The translations under genes and the position numbers were made by a program. A DNA stretch of 64,000 nt, taken from positions 41,790,001 to 41,854,000 of the forward strand of contig OZ249436.1 in NCBI GenBank assembly GCA_965235115.1. Reading direction: 5' to 3'. Of the stretch, positions 60,795-64,000 are shown piece by piece. Source of the stretch: Laetmonice hystrix. Lineage: Eukaryota. Each line of letters starts with the position of its first letter. Position 1 is the stretch's first letter. The notes under the pieces were generated by a model. That model saw nothing but the letters and a program-made list of their open reading frames with translations, searched no databases and was not told where the DNA came from.

Positions 60795-63244
60795 CTGTTT
60801 AAATAAATTTAAGAAGTTTAAAAAAAAATTGACACAAGGTAGAAAATAATATGTCCGACTCTCTAATGAGAAGGTTGAATAATACTTGGAGGGAGAAGAG
60901 AGCTAAAGTCGCCAGGGCCCCCAGCTCTTGCAAGGTGCTGTGACACATGCCGCTTGGCGCTCTTTGGTGGAGGTAGGCATACTGGGGAGGAGGGCCACCA
61001 GTTTACCGGGGCGGTGAACTAATCAGTATACATTACCGGGGAAATTGATGAGAGGTACCTGAATCAGAGCATTTTGGCCCTGGATGCATGATTCTCTTGA
61101 AGTTGTTGGAAGCACTCTATTATCATAATTGTATGCTTCAATCTATAGTGTTTATTGTCTTTGTTTTTTGTTGTCAAGGGTAAGTTTTGCAATTATGCTT
61201 CTTGTAATATGTCTGAATCATTTGATTAATGTAAAAAAGGATGTTCTTCGGCCCCCGCATATTCCCATATAGAGCCGGAGATTTTTAAAGTGATGACTAG
61301 TTGCTTAAAATGTCCACAACCTGTATAAAAAAGGAGAGTAAAAATACGTCAAATACTGAGTAAAACGAGAAAGTTACATAGTATGGTTTCCTCTATTTGC
61401 ACCCAAACGAAGTCGTTGATCAAATCCAGCAGGGGGCAGGGCAGTCGCTCTCTGTATCACACGCTTTCCCGACCAAAGCACAGACAGTATTAGGTCAGGT
61501 AAGCGGTAACATATCTCCAATACGTTTTGTGAAGTGAAAAGTGCATGACTTTGTATTTCCCCCCAATAAAGGTATATAAGAAGTCGGCAGTGAGCTAGTA
61601 AAGAAAAGGTGGAAAGTCTGCCCGGTCTAGGAATCACCACCAGGTGTCGCGCTCGATGCGACGTCAGCCTCTGCTCAGGTACGACAGCGACATCTACTGA
61701 GAGACGGAGATGCTAATTCAGGAGGGCGTCTTGATCCAGTACGAGAAGGAAGTCAATTTGGTCTGCAATCATTTTTAACAGAAGCCGAATGCGACATTTT
61801 TAATCCCCCCAGGAACACTTATTTAATTAAATGGCTGACTCCAATAGCAGCGCTATTTAGGTGCCTACGGTATTCAATAAAACTGTCGAAGCCAGGTCCC
61901 TCTAGAAGTGGTTACCTATCTCCTCATTATGTCTATATGATTGATATGACATTCTTACTGTTCACTAGTCGAAAAGATCTGAACAGTCCTATTTAATATT
62001 AATACCATCCGGGTCTAGAGCATCAGGGATATCTATATGGTACATTTTAAGGAGCTCCAATATCGAAGCCTATTTACTAAAGAACCTATGCATATTTTTC
62101 TCAGTTCCTTTCGCTGAGAATGAAAAATACTGGTTAGGTTAGAGCACTTTTTACAAGTGTGGATTAAGATTTTGTAACGGGGGTCTGGATCATAGGCGGA
62201 TCCAGGGGGCACGCCCCTCTAGTTTCCCTAATTCCCTAATTATATATTATTTTTTAAATAATCTTGTCATATTTACATTAGACACAGACCTAATGAGTGG
62301 ACATGATGAAGCAGATGGTTGTAACTTATGACACAGAAGTCCTACATGTACAAAAGCAGAGCTTTAGTAATGCAAACTATCAAACACTTTAGTAAAATCC
62401 TGGATTCGCCAGTGTAAGATGGAGGAGTTTCAGGAATTAAAGGCACACTGTTTTTAAAACCTGTAATATCCGCACCCTGCCATATAAATCAGCTTAGTGT
62501 CACATGTAAAACTCAAATAAATTGAAGTGACACCAACCAAATGTAATGTGAGAACGCTCAGCTGGCTCCGTTGCAATCTAAAGCTCTACCTTCGAACCGA
62601 TTGGCCATTTTGGATAACCGTGCAACGGGAATTCCCACGCTCAGTTTCAGCGCCTCTCACACACTCAGGTGACACTCGGAGCGTCGGGTTTCAAGGCCAT
62701 CCACCGATCTATTTCAATGCCACGAGCACTGTCACGTCTCCTGTCCAACTCCTTCTTTCTCAGCTTTTTAGCTCTGTTGCATACATCGACTTTCGTCACT
62801 TAAAACCCTCCGGCATACTTACAAAGCAAGCGTATGATGATGATCAAATATGGTGGAGCGATACCTGAAGTCATTTGCAGCGCCCCTTTCGGAGAACGGA
62901 GGCAAATTCAAACTCCTGCTAATTATCATGTTTTAGCTTCGGTCCGAGTTTTAGTTAACAAAAATCATCATACTGCAGTACCTCAGTAACAGTGTGTCTT
63001 CATATGTCAATAGGTTGCTGTAGGGGACAGGTAAGTGTTTTATTCTCGAAGATACTAACGATGCCGTTTTAACGCACGTACATGATAGTAGTCCGTGTGT
63101 ACGTGATATTTTAACGTAACGTACTAACAATGCACTTTCCTTTTCTTCAATAAATCAAGAACCCACCAACCAAAAAGACTCTCTTTCATATCAAGGATCT
63201 AGATGAAATATTCTCGTGCCAACAAAGAATATAGGCCTACTTAC

Positions 63245-63416
63245 TGTTTTGCATGGCCTTCCATTCCTCGCCTCCGTATTCGATGCGGGTGTCTTTAAAC
63301 GGTTTATTATACATGGTGTAAAGAATGCGGATCACTTCGGCCCGACCACTCACATTGAAGTAGATGAGTTCGTCCACCTCACCACCAGACCTGCTCGACG
63401 AATTCCCGTTTCCCAT
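63245..63416 (-). CDS. GST first coding exon (219-aa protein in total)
   Basis: Acceptor ttttaacag 8 nt before the ATG, donor A|gtaagt. Encodes MGNGNSSSRSGGEVDELIYFNVSGRAEVIRILYTMYNKPFKDTRIEYGGEEWKAMQN (L.YFN..GRAE.IR sigma motif). The five exons total 660 nt in frame. Confidence 0.92.
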
Positions 63417-63642
63417 CTCCGAGTCTGTTAAAACTAATCATACACAATCAAAAAAACTTACACGAACATAACCAACTGATCCAGTAATGGGTAACTAGAT
63501 CAAATATATCAAATATCGTATATTAGGCCTACGTTTATATTGGAGACAGAATAATTTTTTTCAGACGGGAAATCGTAGTTAACTAGTCAGTTGAAACCTT
63601 CCATACAGATGGCGCCCCCTACATGATCACAGAGGAAGCTAG

Positions 63643-63678
63643 ACCATATCCCGGCAAGGTACCTTGCCGGGATATGGT
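63643..63678. repeat. Perfect 36-bp palindrome
   Basis: accatatcccggcaaggt|accttgccgggatatggt. Confidence 0.95.
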
Positions 63679-64000
63679 GTAGATGAATGTAGATTTGGAA
63701 GTTTGATTATATTGTTGATCCCAATAGATTGGGGGTAACTCTGATATATTGAACACAGCCGGATCTCATCGCCAGCCTGTTTATCATAATTACTAGACGC
63801 AACGGAACTTTATATTCATTTTAGAACATGTCCGCTCGCCTGGGGTTAAAAATAGCGACTGTGGCCATAGAAGAATTTGGCCCACGAAACGGTCTGTCCT
63901 TGGTTCGCTACACATGTCCTGGCATGGAACGTCCGTGAACCTTTCCTGTGTCTTTGTATCTGTATACTGTGGGTCGCAATCTGTAGGCCTACAGACACAC

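Overview
Eukaryotic genomic DNA from an invertebrate, probably a marine lophotrochozoan (inferred from the gene and repeat families). Two intron-containing minus-strand genes can be assembled by hand from GT-AG boundaries with consistent phases. (1) The first seven coding exons (457 codons, extracellular ligand-binding domain) of a receptor guanylyl cyclase resembling Drosophila Gyc32E. It starts at 50928, has a 41.4-kb first intron (9075-50466) and continues off the left edge. (2) A complete five-exon, 219-aa sigma-class-like glutathione S-transferase (63416-57338) with an N-terminal MGNGNS extension (myristoylation consensus) and substitutions at several glutathione-site positions. Nearly everything else is repeat: minisatellites (38/40, 27, 68, 42, 71, 22 bp), long-TIR foldback elements (Tc1-like, Sola2-like), Kolobok/hAT/Mutator-type MITEs with readable TSDs, a decayed mariner (maT-like) element, two Deu/Nin-domain SINE fragments, and a 4x tandem 334-bp unit with Pol III A/B boxes. 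The most notable observations are a minisatellite built from the cyclase's own exon-end/5' splice junction, two further arrays anchored at splice-site-like sequences, the atypical GST and the tandem Pol III-like cassette. No prokaryotic features or CRISPR arrays are present. Most ORF-track entries are spurious.
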